Source of the DNA: Parasitella parasitica NRRL 2501
Lineage: Eukaryota; Fungi; Mucoromycota
Direction: 5' to 3'
DNA: 64,000 nucleotides
Assembly: GCA_025201805.1 (NCBI GenBank)
Contig: MU619359.1
Coordinates: 31,210 to 95,209 of the forward strand
Shown: positions 1-12,781 of the stretch, in pieces
How positions within the stretch are numbered: position 1 is the stretch's first letter
Layout of the letters: each line of letters begins with the position of its first letter
The notes under the pieces: generated by a model
What the model was told of the DNA's origin: nothing
Databases searched by the model: none
Seen by the model: the letters and a program-made list of their open reading frames with translations, nothing else
Made by a program: the position numbers and the translations under genes

Positions 1-29
1 AAAAAAAAAAAAAAAAAAAAAAAAAATCA

Positions 30-470
30 GGCGCCTAAACTCTACGCTGGCTTCACACTTTTGAACCATTCCAATATCATGGTAAAGATGACAAATGTTT
101 GACTAATATAGAGAACCCAGCTTGGTACTTGTCTGACAAACTTTCTACACTACAAGGCGCCATATCAACTGATGCTACAAGAAAATGCCAAAGAAAAGGA
201 AACAATCAGCCACCAGGACAACACACTCATTCCTTAAAAATCATCTGTATAGAGTTTATGAAATCCTAAGGACATGAATGTGTTTATCTTTAACCTTGCT
301 CCCCGTTTCTGAATCCAATTAAAGGTTTTTGATCCAAACAACAGATACACTACACTCAAAATCAGGTACGTTTGTCGATAGACAACTGTAACCTTTTTTA
401 AAGGCTAGACCTTGAATTTAAAGATGTGATGTAGATAGCTTATTTCACAACGCATTCTCATTATAAATGA
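30..470 (+). mobile_element. Highly degenerate Tc1/mariner-IS630 (DDE_3) transposase relic 1
   Basis: About 292-335 reads PCSPFLNPIKGF*SK, a decayed form of the PYSPFLNPIEEFWSK motif. A GAIS-like segment lies near 157. No intact ORF. Confidence 0.5.
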
Positions 471-569
471 AACAAAGCAATTACTCTATTTCTCTAAATA
501 TGGAAATCTCTATCAGAAACCCTGTATATCACAAACACTGTGACATTTATGATTTACTTAATTTTTTTT

Positions 570-1300
570 TTTTTTCAGAAACCATAAAAAGACTGTAGCA
601 ACGAAATCTTGAAGACGCGTGCCAAATTTGTTTAAGAATGGTCTGCTGAAGGGATGCATTATACGCACAATTGCGTCTTCTTTGACAACTCTGGCGTCTA
701 CAAAATATGCGTCTTTCAAGAGCTTGGTCATGTCGAGGAACTAAGGCCGTATTGAATCACCCTCTGTCAGAGGGGGCTTCTCATACCGTTATCGGCGCGG
801 TATCAGCATTTGGAGTTGTATATCTGAGTATCAGGGATCCAGGAAATGTAAAGAGAAGAAAGGTGGTAGGAGCCACAAAGCGTAAGATACCTGGAGAGGC
901 GGCTTCAGCCATTCCTAAAGGTCTACAGCTGGTCATTATTTCCAGTTCATTAGCGACTCTTTGGATATCGTGGAAGAGCTCCCCAATATGAAGGGATTTC
1001 ACATTGTTATGGATAATGCCGCAATTTATAGCTATAGACTTGTGGATCCCTTGATTATAGAAAGAGGTTATGTACCAATATATTCACCTGAGCTTAACCC
1101 TATTGGGATGATTTGGAAAGTGTTAAAGGATAGGGTTAGACGAAGTAAACTGAGCAATTTAGAAACTTTTACAGCTAGAATTACTGAAGGCTGTTAAGAC
1201 GTTCATATTAAAATTTACAGAATTTTATCCAGCATTCTGTTAATGCTTTTCCCAAATGCTTGAATAAACATTATGGGAAACTCCTTTTTTTCTTCAGTGC
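570..1300 (+). mobile_element. Tc1/mariner-IS630 DDE transposase pseudogene (relic 2)
   Basis: Frameshifted ORFs 707-991 and 961-1197 contain VIGAVS, HIVMDNA and YSPELNPI..IWKVLK. A possible terminal sequence GGGAAACTCCTTTTTTTCTTCAGTG ends at 1299. Confidence 0.85.
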
Positions 1301-1602
1301 AATTTAACTTCAAAAAAATGGGCGGAAGCACAGTGCAGCAATGAATAACTCTCTCTCTGAACGAAACCAGAGTTTTATATTTGAGTGAAAAGCCATACAA
1401 CATGAATTCTTTATTCGCTGCGCATAATTTTCTCCATCATAGTGTGACATAATGCAATGCAGAAGGATTTAAACTATGCACGACAGATAATGATAAAAGG
1501 GGAACTTTCTTTAAAGATTTAGGAAAAAGGAGAACCATCGAATCCTATAAAAGCCTAGAGGTATCAGAAATTCTTTTCCTTTACGCACACTAATTGATAG
1601 AC

Positions 1603-2290
1603 ATGGCACCTCACGCTTTACTTGATAAAGAAGCTCCTACAGGCATTACTTTAAAGGATCAGCATGATCAAGATGTCAACATTTCGGATCATATTGGCAA
1701 GTCGATTCTTGTCTTATTCTTTTATCCAAAAGATGGTACATTTGTTTGCAGTAAAGAGGTACTCATACGCTAGTTGATCATTAGTGTAACTGCTAGCACA
1801 CTAAGCTTTATTTGTCTATTTATGTAGGCTTGCGCATTTCGTGATCGTTTAGAGGTAACTGAACTTTTCAGTTTGTTTAGTTCATTATTAATATGAATTC
1901 TAGGATATTCAAAAACAAGGAGCCCAAGTCATTGGCGTGAGCGCTGACAGTGTAAAGTCTCACGAGCAGTTTGCAAATAAGCAAAAATTGCCTTATACTC
2001 TGCTGGCCGATACAGAAGGAGAGCTCCGCACTGCGTATCAAGTGTCAAAGTTACTGTTTGGCTTCCCGCAGTAAGTATATTATTATGGCATTCGAGAATG
2101 TACATAATGGCTCTATACTCATTTCACCACGATCAGGCGTACTACTTTTGTTATTGGTATAGATGGCATTGTTACAAATGTTTTTGAATCTTTTTTCAGT
2201 TATAACTATCATATTACAAATGTCTTGAAAGCTTTACAAAAAGATTCTAAAGTTGAGACAGAATTAGTCGAGCAAGTAGAAGACCAATAA
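1603..2290 (+). CDS. Peroxiredoxin Q/BCP (Dot5-like), 4 exons
   Basis: Spliced translation MAPHALLDKEAP...FFYPKDGTFVCSKE|ACAFRD has the PxxxTxxC motif and resolving Cys. Introns start at about 1759, 1855 and 2071. TAA at 2288-2290. Not present in the ORF track. Confidence 0.9.
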
Positions 2291-2860
2291 GTGGAAGCAT
2301 AACAAGAGTTCATATCATTTACATACATATATTCTTGATGGCCTTAATAAATATCATTAATCTTGAAAATATCAATATCCAATGACTTTAAAAGTACCCT
2401 AATGCAAAGTGAAGTCAATCAATAGACCAAAATTTAAAAGAGACATGGTAATACAATTATAGGCTTTATTAATCCTCAAGGCAAAACTTACTCGTAAGAA
2501 CAGTAAATATGTGAGCATTTACATTAATTCAAGAAGCAGTGTGTACGTGTGTGTGTGCGAGAGAATACTTGAAAACTGAATTCATTTTTATGTGGGGAAT
2601 AATCAAATGGGTGAAAAAAAAAAGAAATAAATGTACATCTACATTCATAAAAATAGGATCCAGCCAGCCTAAATAGAAAATGATTAAATATATAGTTTTG
2701 ATTTGTATAAGTTGAAGTGTATGATGGTTGTATATGTCGTTTTTTTGTCTTTTCTTCTTTTTGGGTTGGTTTTTCTGAATGATTATTGTTTGATTATTGT
2801 CTGATAGAGGTTTTTATGTGCATTTTCTTTGTTCTTGATGTATTCTTTTGTATCCTTGAG

Positions 2861-4009
2861 TTAATTAGCACCTTCTGAAAGATTAATCAATAATTGGCCA
2901 AGGCAACGCTTCGTAGCGACATCATCCTTCAAGACTGGGTGAAAAGTAGAATCTCGAAGTGGTTCGGGAAGACATTGTCGCAAAGCTTCACGTGCTCTAA
3001 AATAAACCCACTCAAGTTACTCAAATGCCAACGTAATGCAGAATGTACATTGTAAATTTACCTTGGATTTTCAGAAAGTCGAAGATAACAGCGAATAACG
3101 TGCTTCAAAAGACGCATAGCTTGGTTATCTACAAGTTGATTAACCATATTGTGTAAAACAGTAGCTACGGCATAAAAGCGTTCATAGGTCTGACAAATAT
3201 AATACTTGAACAGCCTCATTAGTAATCGTTTCTCATTGTCTCCTTGAACAATAACTTACCAAACCAGTCTCATCTAAAAGGATCTTTTGAACCACAAATA
3301 TAGCTACAGTTTTGGATAATTCGCTACCAGTTTCCATGATACGAAGACAGAGAGGAATAATTTCAGTTGATAAAAGGAAACTGATGACTTCAGGATTGTC
3401 ATTCTAAAGTACTCAAAGTTAAAAATACTCCATTGTACTTATAGTTCTCCTTACCTTGACCAAAGCCCCAATAACACCTAAACTTGTCAATCTCAAGTAT
3501 TCAAAAGGCCGAGTTTTGCTTGTTGTATTCAAAAAGGGATAAAGGTAAAGAGGAATGTGTGCTTTTAAAAAGATGCTAAAGTTAGTACGTAATAACGAAG
3601 TATATTATCTCAAACAAGTATACCTTGGAGGAACAAACTTCTTGTTTCGTTATGATTAGCTACACATTGGAGGAGAGCAAGAGCATTACAGACTCGATTG
3701 GAGGCTCCACCACTCAATGTGGGAGGGGTTAACAAAGGATAAACTGTAACTATCTCCTGAAGTAATACAGGAATTACGCCTAATACAACCAATGATGAGC
3801 ATACCATTTTGTATACAATACAGTAGATATTACCATAAGAATACCATAAAACCAATGCTAAATCTTCATATTGCTCTCTCTTCTTGCTCAAGTCTAATAA
3901 AGCTTGCTCCCTCGAGGAAGGATTAAGCAAATCTAATACAAGTCCGTAAATTTTCTCCTCATCTAACTGTTGCATTTTTTGGGCAGCTTGGTGTTCTTGT
4001 TGCTGTTGC

Positions 4010-4042
<33 letters not shown>

Positions 4043-4287
4043 AAGACAAAATTGGCTGACATAGGTAGGGCCTGAGAGCCAACGCCATTGTTCATCATTT
4101 GAGCATATACAAAAGGGTCAGCATTGTTTCCCCCAGTGGCACGATTCATGGCTGGGAAATGTTGAGACAACGCGTTCATGTTGTTATTAGGACCAGGTTG
4201 AAGAGAAGAAGCTAGAGGGTTTCCACTTGCTCCTGACAACGAAGATTGTTGCAAATACTGCTGAATATTTCCATTATGTTGTTGCAT
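2861..4287 (-). CDS. CAF40: CCR4-NOT subunit Rcd1/Caf40/CNOT9 with N-terminal polyQ region, multi-exon
   Basis: [54 protein letters not shown]. Confidence 0.96.
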
Positions 4288-5050
4288 GTCTTTTTTTGGG
4301 CTTTTTTTGTTTTTCTATCCGTTTTTAATTTTGTGGGCTTCGTTGTTTTTTTTTATTTTAATTTTTTGGGTTAAATAATATATAGTGTGTATTAATTAAG
4401 GATCAAAATAAAATATTATAGAAAAAAGAGAGGGAAGAAAAAATAAATAAATAAAAAAGCTAGTGTCGCATTCTGCGGCTAGTTTAAATTCTTTTGGATT
4501 GACGACGAACGGTAGCCAACTGCCATGAGGAAGTGAGCCAGTGAGAAATAGATTCAACCATGCTGATTTGAGGCAGTCAACTCCCCTGACTTCTGGCTTG
4601 AGTTATCAAAGTACTCTCTATACAACCGCATGCATCATATTTAGTGTCTTTATGTATTTTATAGCTTCGTTTCTTACAAGGTTGTTTTGATTTTTTTCAA
4701 TTCCAGAGAAGCCTGGCTCAAAACAAACTGATTTTTTGGTTGAGCTGCAAAACAGAAAACTCTTTCACATCTTTACCTCTCTCTCTTTTCATTTACATTT
4801 CCATACTATCAAACATTTTTCTGGGTCAACATCAAATATCACGACTACCACACATTTATTCTATTATCTTTAAAATCAAAATTTCTCGACGCACGATTTT
4901 TTCTCTCTATATTTCACATTAAATCCAGCCCTAAACCTCGTTATGTTGGGTTGGTAACTTTATTGAAGAAGAAAGATTATTTATATACATAAGAAGCAAC
5001 GAAAATACCCCTCTCACCCTTTTAATTTAAGGAGACCTCAAAGAAAAAGA

Positions 5051-7065
5051 ATGATGGATAACAACATTTTAAAATCTAAAAGCGAAGAGTCTATCGATTC
5101 TGGAGTTTATAGCCCAACTGCAACGGCATATGAAAAAGAAGAAGATGCTGAGCAAAATACGACCAGTTCCCTGTCCCTTGTTCGTCAGCTTGCGGCTCAA
5201 TTCCCTGAATATGAAAGAAATCCACACATGGAGCCGTTTGGTTCGGTTTTAATGAACCCCAACGTTGAAATGGATGCGGAAAGATCAAAATTAGAAAGCG
5301 AAAGAGTCATTGAAGTGTCTAATAATGGCAGATATGCCAAACTCAACACATTCTTGGGAAAAGGCGCATTCAAGGTTGTTTATAAAGCTATTGATCGTGA
5401 GGAAGGCTATGAAGTTGCTTGGAACGTTTTACAGGTAACTATTTTGTGTACCTTTTTTTTTTTTTTTGCAATTTTATTTTACTAAATGGGTTTAAACATT
5501 TGTAGGTCACTCGCCAAGAAGTCAAGGCTTTGGGCCATGAAATAGAGATATTGAAATCTGTACGACATCCAAACATTATTACATTTCATGAAGCATGGTA
5601 TAACGAGTCAGAATTTGTCTTTATTACTGAACTGATGACTTCTGGTACGCTTCGCGAATATATTCGGAAGTTATCGCCTTTGCCAAATATGAAGATTGTG
5701 AAAAGATGGTGCCGTCAAATCCTAAAAGGATTGGTTTATCTGCATGGTCATCAACCTACTATCATTCATCGTGATATCAAGTGTGATAATATCTTTATCA
5801 ATGGCGCTCATGGGGAAATCAAGATTGGGGACATGGGCACTGCGGAAATGAAGGTGGATAAAAAGTATACTGTGATTGGCACCCCTGAATTCATGGCACC
5901 TGAAATGTACGAGGAAAAAGGCTATAGTGAAAAAGTGGATATTTATGCATTTGGCATGTGTCTATTGGAGATGGTTACTGGAGAATACCCTTATAATGAG
6001 TGTACCAACGCTGCCCAAGTCTTTAAAAAGGTAACGCAAACGATCCGTCCTGAATGTTTGTCTAGAGTCCAAGATCCCGAGGTTTTAACTCTGATTAACA
6101 ACTGCCTTGCAACCGAACATGAGCGTATGTCCGCACAAGAAATCCTGGAGCATTCATTTTTGGCCGTGGAGCCAGAGGTTGTCATGTTGGCTACTGATGT
6201 TGGGATGAAACAATTGACGCTACAAGTTGTGTTCAAGGGCATGGACAAGTTATCTGTCAAGTTCGAGTTCAACGCTGATACAGACACGGCTGAAGATGTT
6301 GTCGCAGAGATGATTGAGGAGCAAGTATTGCCTGAGCGATATCAACAGTTGATTACTGGCGACATCAATCGTCTTTTGCGTGATTTAACCAAGCAACAAA
6401 ATACGGCTGCTGAAAAGATTGAAGATGACCGCATGGTTTGGAGAAGGGAAAATGACATCCGCTCAGAATTAGAGCGTGCAAAGAATGAATTATTCACAAC
6501 GAGAGAAAAGATTGCTGATATTGAGAAAAAGTGCAACAGTTTCGAACAAAGAACTCAACTCGCAGAGGAAAGATACAAAGATACCATTACTGCATTAGAA
6601 CAAGCGAAGATTTCTGCTTTTGGTGAGCCTGAGTTGGAAGCAGAAAGCTTGGTTGCACCTACTACGACAACTACACCGATTACTAGTTCAGAAGAACATA
6701 TCCCCATTGATTCATCAGGTAATCATTCGTTTCTTTATGCAGTATGTGTTATTGTATATTCATAGCTTATTTTAGAATATCCTCATGATACCAGTATCGA
6801 AACATTTGTACTTGAAACTGCTGCTTCTACTAACCGTAATAAGGATAAGGCTCTTGAATGGGTCCGAAAACTTCAGAATCAAGACATCATGACTGTTGGG
6901 GATCTCCGAGATTTGCATGATGAAGATTGGGCCGGCATTGGTCTTACTGTATTTGCGTTAAGAGCTTTAAAAAATATGCTTGTCGGCAAAAAGCATCAGC
7001 AACGATCAAGAGCTACCTCAAGCGGCACGAATACACCAATTGAAGAGCAAGATCAATACCTTTAG
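5051..7065 (+). CDS. WNK: WNK-family Ser/Thr kinase with CCT-like domain, coiled coil and SAM-like C-terminus; 3 exons
   Basis: GKGAFKVVYKA (Lys in subdomain I), VAWN (no subdomain II Lys), ELMTSGTL, HRDIKCDNIFING, GTPEFMAPE. Introns about 5434-5506 and 6719-6775. TAG at 7063-7065. Confidence 0.93.
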
Positions 7066-7379
7066 ATTATCCTTACGTTCTTATTTTGTATTAATACACC
7101 TTATATTCCCTTTTACCTTTGTCTCTTTTGCGTTTTTCAAATCGAAATGGTGAGTCTTCAGCTAGAACTATATATCATGGTTTTTTTTTTTTGGAAAATC
7201 TGTTAATTTGATTAATAAGCATGCAACTGCTTAAATGTTTGTTCTTATATCTCACGAATTCTAATGTGTCTCTTTTGTTAATATGCTTTACAAACAATAG
7301 CTGTTATAACTAGTGTGATGGAGTATAATTGTTTAGTAGGGTGTGTAGAACGATATATTATTATGTTAATGGCAAATGT

Positions 7380-8330
7380 TGGCGTTCCTCCAAAATATTA
7401 ACGTTGCTATTTAAGCCGATACTTAATACATAACGTACGTAAACATTACTAGCCAAGTGTAATTGGCAGTAATGTACGTGATGTGGGCAACTTGTTTATT
7501 ATAACTCCCGCTTTATAACTATAGTAGATCATCATTATTGATAGTTATAAATGTAATAGTAAAGTTTGATAAGGTTTTGTATAGTGTTAAGACAAGGGGA
7601 TATTTTCACTAAAAAGGTTTTAATATCTGTGCCTTTTAATATTAATGTGGACCCTGTATCTATAATAAAAAAAACGTCCTGTAATGTGAATCTTTACATC
7701 TGATGTTGTATTTTATTACACATTATTCCTCATTTTTTCTATAATAATTCTTCAAACTCTACTTCTTCTTCAAACCTCCTTTTTGACAACACATAAACCA
7801 AACATTTTTCATAATTTACTGATACACTGCGGTACTTGTTCGTAAGATATCAATTGCTAGATGTTGGGTATTTTCTGCATGAATATATTGACGTACGAGG
7901 AGATGGCCTATATACTTCACGCTGTTGATATTATTGTTGTTGGTATACTATTTGCTTGTATAAAATCTCAGCGATATAAACAGAAATTAAATAACGTATA
8001 CTAGCAAGAGAAAGCTCGTCTTTATTGAAGTAATATGGTTTTGATGTCTAATAGCTAAAATAACTTGACAACTGAAATCTTGATTCACCCCACAAGGTAA
8101 AGTCCCTTTATGAACCACTTCCATTTATGGCAGCATTACCAATTCCTTTTAAAATCTCACATCTGATACTCTGCGGTGCTCTTTTATGAATAAATTTGGG
8201 TTATTTGAATTTCTTGCAGTAAACAGGTCAAACCCGAGACTAATTCGACTGTTTTGCTGTTTGTTGTGCCAGTGTCAAAGGGCGCAGCGTAATGTTATGT
8301 AAATATTGTTTGTATAAAGTAATAAAGACT
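7380..8330 (-). mobile_element. Degenerate LTR-retrotransposon (Ty3/gypsy-like) gag-protease relic
   Basis: Minus strand near 7640-7700 reads VKIHITGR..FIIDTGSTL (retropepsin DTG motif), followed by an LPITLG-like segment near 7460. Many stops. Adjacent to an LTR-like repeat. Confidence 0.45.
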
Positions 8331-8435
8331 TTTCCGAATAAAACCAGATACAAAACTGAAGACTTTTATTGACATAAGATATGATCTCTATTTATACTAA
8401 AATATATCCCAATCAATGTTTATCCACATAACATC

Positions 8436-8686
8436 TGATGTTTGACAACAAGTGTCAAAATTAATATCATGATGCGTGCATTATGACTAAGTTAGATATG
8501 GCATATGTAGCTTTTATATGGATACAACACATATCCCAATAGATCATGTTCCCTATTTATACTCAACATGATATGTTCATGGAGAATAGAAAAATCTACC
8601 ATTCCATTCTCTAAATCACACCGTGTCCCACATTTACACCTTATCTCCCATCAGTCCACTTGGATTCACTAATGTATAAACCATCA
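8436..8686. repeat. Solo-LTR-like dispersed repeat, copy A
   Basis: Bounded by TGATG...CATCA. 8528-8661 aligns by eye with 35976-36112. TATAAATA on the minus strand. Confidence 0.6.
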
Positions 8687-10836
8687 TACTTTCCATGTAA
8701 TAAGCGAGATCTTTAGCTGATTAATTCACAACCGTTTTATTTGAATAATTTTTTATTCTAATAAATCACGTTGGGCGATTTCTCTACCTAAACTTATCTG
8801 CAAAAACATTTTTTATAATAAGGAAGGTTGTTGTAGTATATATTCTAACTTTACTTTCTAATATTATTTTTGAGAAAATCAGTTTCAATACTTCTCTTTA
8901 AGAACCTTACAATAGCAACCTCCTCAATTCTTCTTAATATGATCTTCCCTGTTTATTGTCAGCCAAATTTTCTAATTTTTTGTTTAAATTGCTCAGTATG
9001 GTAGTAAATAAAGATTCGATAAAAGCCTTGAAACAATCTTTATATTTTAATCATTTAGAGTATAAAGACGATGTCTAATTTTCCCTTGTCATAGCGCCAT
9101 TATATACAGTAATCACAAGCGGTTAGCATTCTAACAAAGATTAGCTGTAAGCGCAGGCATTTTCTGAAGAATATAATAAAACCTACGATAGTTCCTGATT
9201 AATAGTTGGCGAGACAATCAAAGTCAAATGTATCCCTTTATTTAACTTTTCATCTATCTATTAAAATAGTCTAATATTGTTTTTGAATGTTTTTAAAATC
9301 TCTAGCATTACTGGATTTCTGGCCTTCTTCCATCGCAATGTATGCTTTCGTGGATATTTATATTTATAATCTTCCAGCGTCAATAAAAGCACGATTCCGA
9401 AAGCGCTAGCCCGACCCTTTGTTTTAGTCTGATCTTGGTTCCAACGTCTACTCCGTAAAGGTTATAGCAATATATAATGTATAGTAATAGCTTATCATGT
9501 TTCTAAAAGTAATTATCATAAATAATAAACCACTAGTGTTCCTTTTGCCAATACTTGTCAAATATAAATTCGTCCTCCAGTGGTAGCAATGAGTAGAATG
9601 TTTGTATAATAGACTTTTTGCCTGCAATACGTAAGGAAATTTTTAAATGGTGGCATTGCCTGATCATCTACATAGAAACACATTTTCCGTAGATTATACC
9701 GATAAATGGCCAATATGCATGTGCTTTTGCGATTCATCATACATAAATCTAAACCTATAATTATAGTCGTAAGATTGCGATAATTGATATCAAATTTTGT
9801 CTATATAATGCTACTCCTATTACATGAGAGTTTTGATTTACGTTATAGACATATGCCATATATTTCATGTTAATTTTAACAAACGTGAATAGTGAATTAA
9901 AAGTGCAAAGTGTTTTATATAAACGACAACTATTTTAAGCGTATAGACATTGGATTTGTTACGAAAATTGGCGCATCAAATAATATCCACTTTTTGGACC
10001 AAGCAGATTGAATAGGAGGATTAATTTCAGATTCCTGTGATTACAGCTTAATAATATATTTCCAAGTATCTAAGTGATGGCTGGTGATGGCGATACTCTA
10101 CTAATAATCTTTGCAGTCGAAATGTTTTTTAATTACGATACAAACTAATAGTGAGAAAAATAGTTGCATTGTGGCCAACATACTTTACAATGATCTCACA
10201 ACTGCATCAGGAACACTATGAAACGTGCTAGGATGATGAGACTCATGCATTCGACTTTAGCTCATAAAGCCTATCGGATCCTGTATTTGCTATCCTCCCC
10301 TTCGCCTTTTGTAATGTCCTCTGTGTTACAAGAAATTGGAAAGACGGTAAAGGTGGCAAGTTAGAACATTGTTCATAATTGAGCCCGATAAAGATACACC
10401 GACTTTTATGATGAGCATATGTCGATCTTATATGCCACATCATTTGTATAGGTTTTTGTAGTCGATATTTGGCAAGTGTGTGTCATATCAATTTATTTAT
10501 TTCAGGTCCCATATCAATTTAAACGGGAAACGCTGGAAAAATGCTCCTTTCAGTAGCCTGCTTGCATCTAATTCGATGTTGTGATCATTAATTTCCCCTC
10601 ATTTGATGTTGGCCCACTACTGGTTGCCACTCCGTTTCAAAAAGATACCTACTACATCTAAACCAACGTGCAAGCACAACTATAAAAAGCCAAGGATGCC
10701 GCTTCCTCTCTCTTTTTCGGTTTCTTTTTTCTTTTTCATATCGTCTCTATATTTTTTTTAGAATAAGCTTACAAAGCAGAGAAACCCGAAAAATCACACA
10801 TTTTAGCAATTGATCGACGTTTAGTTAGCAGCAGTT

Positions 10837-12288
10837 ATGATTCAATTGTCAGCATATGGAGAGAGAGTGGTGGATCGTATCAGTATGATTGGCATGTGGA
10901 TTGCAGTTATTGTTTGCGTTCGAAACTTTTTCGTCTGTCTTCGGCAATATCGTCGTACGCACGGGTTAATGTAAGGGTGGTTTAGCAATGGTAGTTATGA
11001 GCACTGGTTAATATATTTCATGTACAGCCATCTAATGAACATGGCACAAGTCGTGGTATTGTTTATTCATCGTTTTCTGTACGGACTTGTTCCGTTATTT
11101 GAGATTACAACATGCGCATTTTGGCCTTTGCTTGTATCGTAAGTATTGTTTGTTGTGTTTCGATCATGCCTTTTTTTTTTTTGTCATTGCTAACGCAGCT
11201 TACGTCTATAGTCTATGGCACTTGAGTAATGTACCATGAGGTCATACAATGTGTATCGAATTATACTTACATATTTTATATGAAATATAGATTATATCCT
11301 AATCTACTCTATCATGTTCAAAAGACTCGTTATATTGGAGTCAGATAGACATTCTTTTTGGATCAAGCTTACTGGCATCTTTTTGATTACACTTCGGTTT
11401 GCTGATTGGCCTTATGAATTGGCATTTCATACGTTGCAACAGCAGCTTATGTCACAATCAGTCGAATTTGGATCCAACTGCCTTGCACAATGGTAGGTTG
11501 ACTACTTGACATTGTGTATGTATTTATTCAAATATTTGCAATAGGGGCACTGGTGTTATTACACTAAACTTTGTAGCTGATGCGTTGGCCAACCTGTTTC
11601 TTAGTGGCATGTTTGTCAGAAGGTAAATACTGGATGTTTGCGCAAATATTTTATAATGGGGACTAAGTTCATACACAACATATTCTAAAGACTTTACGTG
11701 CATATCCGAAATTCTCGGACGGTAATGAGTCATAGAAACCAGATAATCGAGTACATTGCACGCAAATCACTTGTGTGCCTAATTTTGACGTTTGTTGTTA
11801 ATTTAGCTATGAATTTATTCAAAGCAACTAGGTTTATTGGCGATCGATCTGATGTAAGATTTTTCTTTTTTAGCAAACTATCCAAATATACACAAGAGAC
11901 TAATGTAGCATTTCAGTCATTTACAGTGTATTTCGAGATTATTGAATCAACTTTATTGGTGGAAGCATTGAGAGTTGATTACACTCGGCTTCCTGAGCAA
12001 AGCTTTTGCGAACACTGTGGAATGGTGCTCAACTCCTATGGCAACAACGAGCGCAAAAATTTACATCAGCAACAAATCAACGAACAAGTCAATAATCTCA
12101 ATATACCAGAGAGAACGTCTGCCAGATCTTTTACGCCATCTTCCATCTTTTTAGATGTTTCTTACAATTCAAATAACCATCAATTACAACAACAGCACCA
12201 TTCAGATAACTGTAGTTTAAATAACACCCTCTCATCGCATGCTCATATACCTTCAACAACTCGTATGAATGGAGAAGAAGAAGTCTAG
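10837..12288 (+). CDS. Uncharacterised 7-transmembrane (GPCR-like) protein, 7 exons including a 14-nt microexon
   Basis: GT-AG introns join an open frame with seven hydrophobic segments, Cys at the top of TM3 and in ECL2, and a Q/N/S-rich tail. TATAAAA at 10681. Confidence 0.75.
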
Positions 12289-12781
12289 CTGCATTTTTAC
12301 AAAATTACTTTCATGCATAAATACCATAATTGACTTCAGCAGGCCCTGAAAAAAACAAGCAATTCATATATACAACTTTGTACACATATTATCCCCCTTA
12401 TTTCAACACTTCAACTATTACCACTATTACTATTCATTAGTTTTTATTACTGTTAATTTTAATTAAAGAACTTGTACGGTTTATTCAATAGTAATGCTAT
12501 CAGTTTCTATAAGGCGTTCTCTTATTGTAATACAAGTGCAACTCAATATCCCTTAAAGTATTTAATGATGCCATCCTCAAAGGTTATCTAGGGCGAAATG
12601 ATTTGTACCTTTGTATGGACCAAGGAGACTTATCGTCGGCTACACAGAGCCCACTACTAATAAAGTTTAGATATTACATCTATTGCGTTTGCGACTACAT
12701 TCTTAAAAATACATTTCCTCTTTGTTATTTTACTTGATTTATATTCTGTTTTCTTTTTTCAAAATATATTATACAGTAATC

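Noticed and set aside
9000-10450. Possible decayed coding sequence in a long intergenic region
   Set aside because: No recognisable motif by eye; needs blastx.
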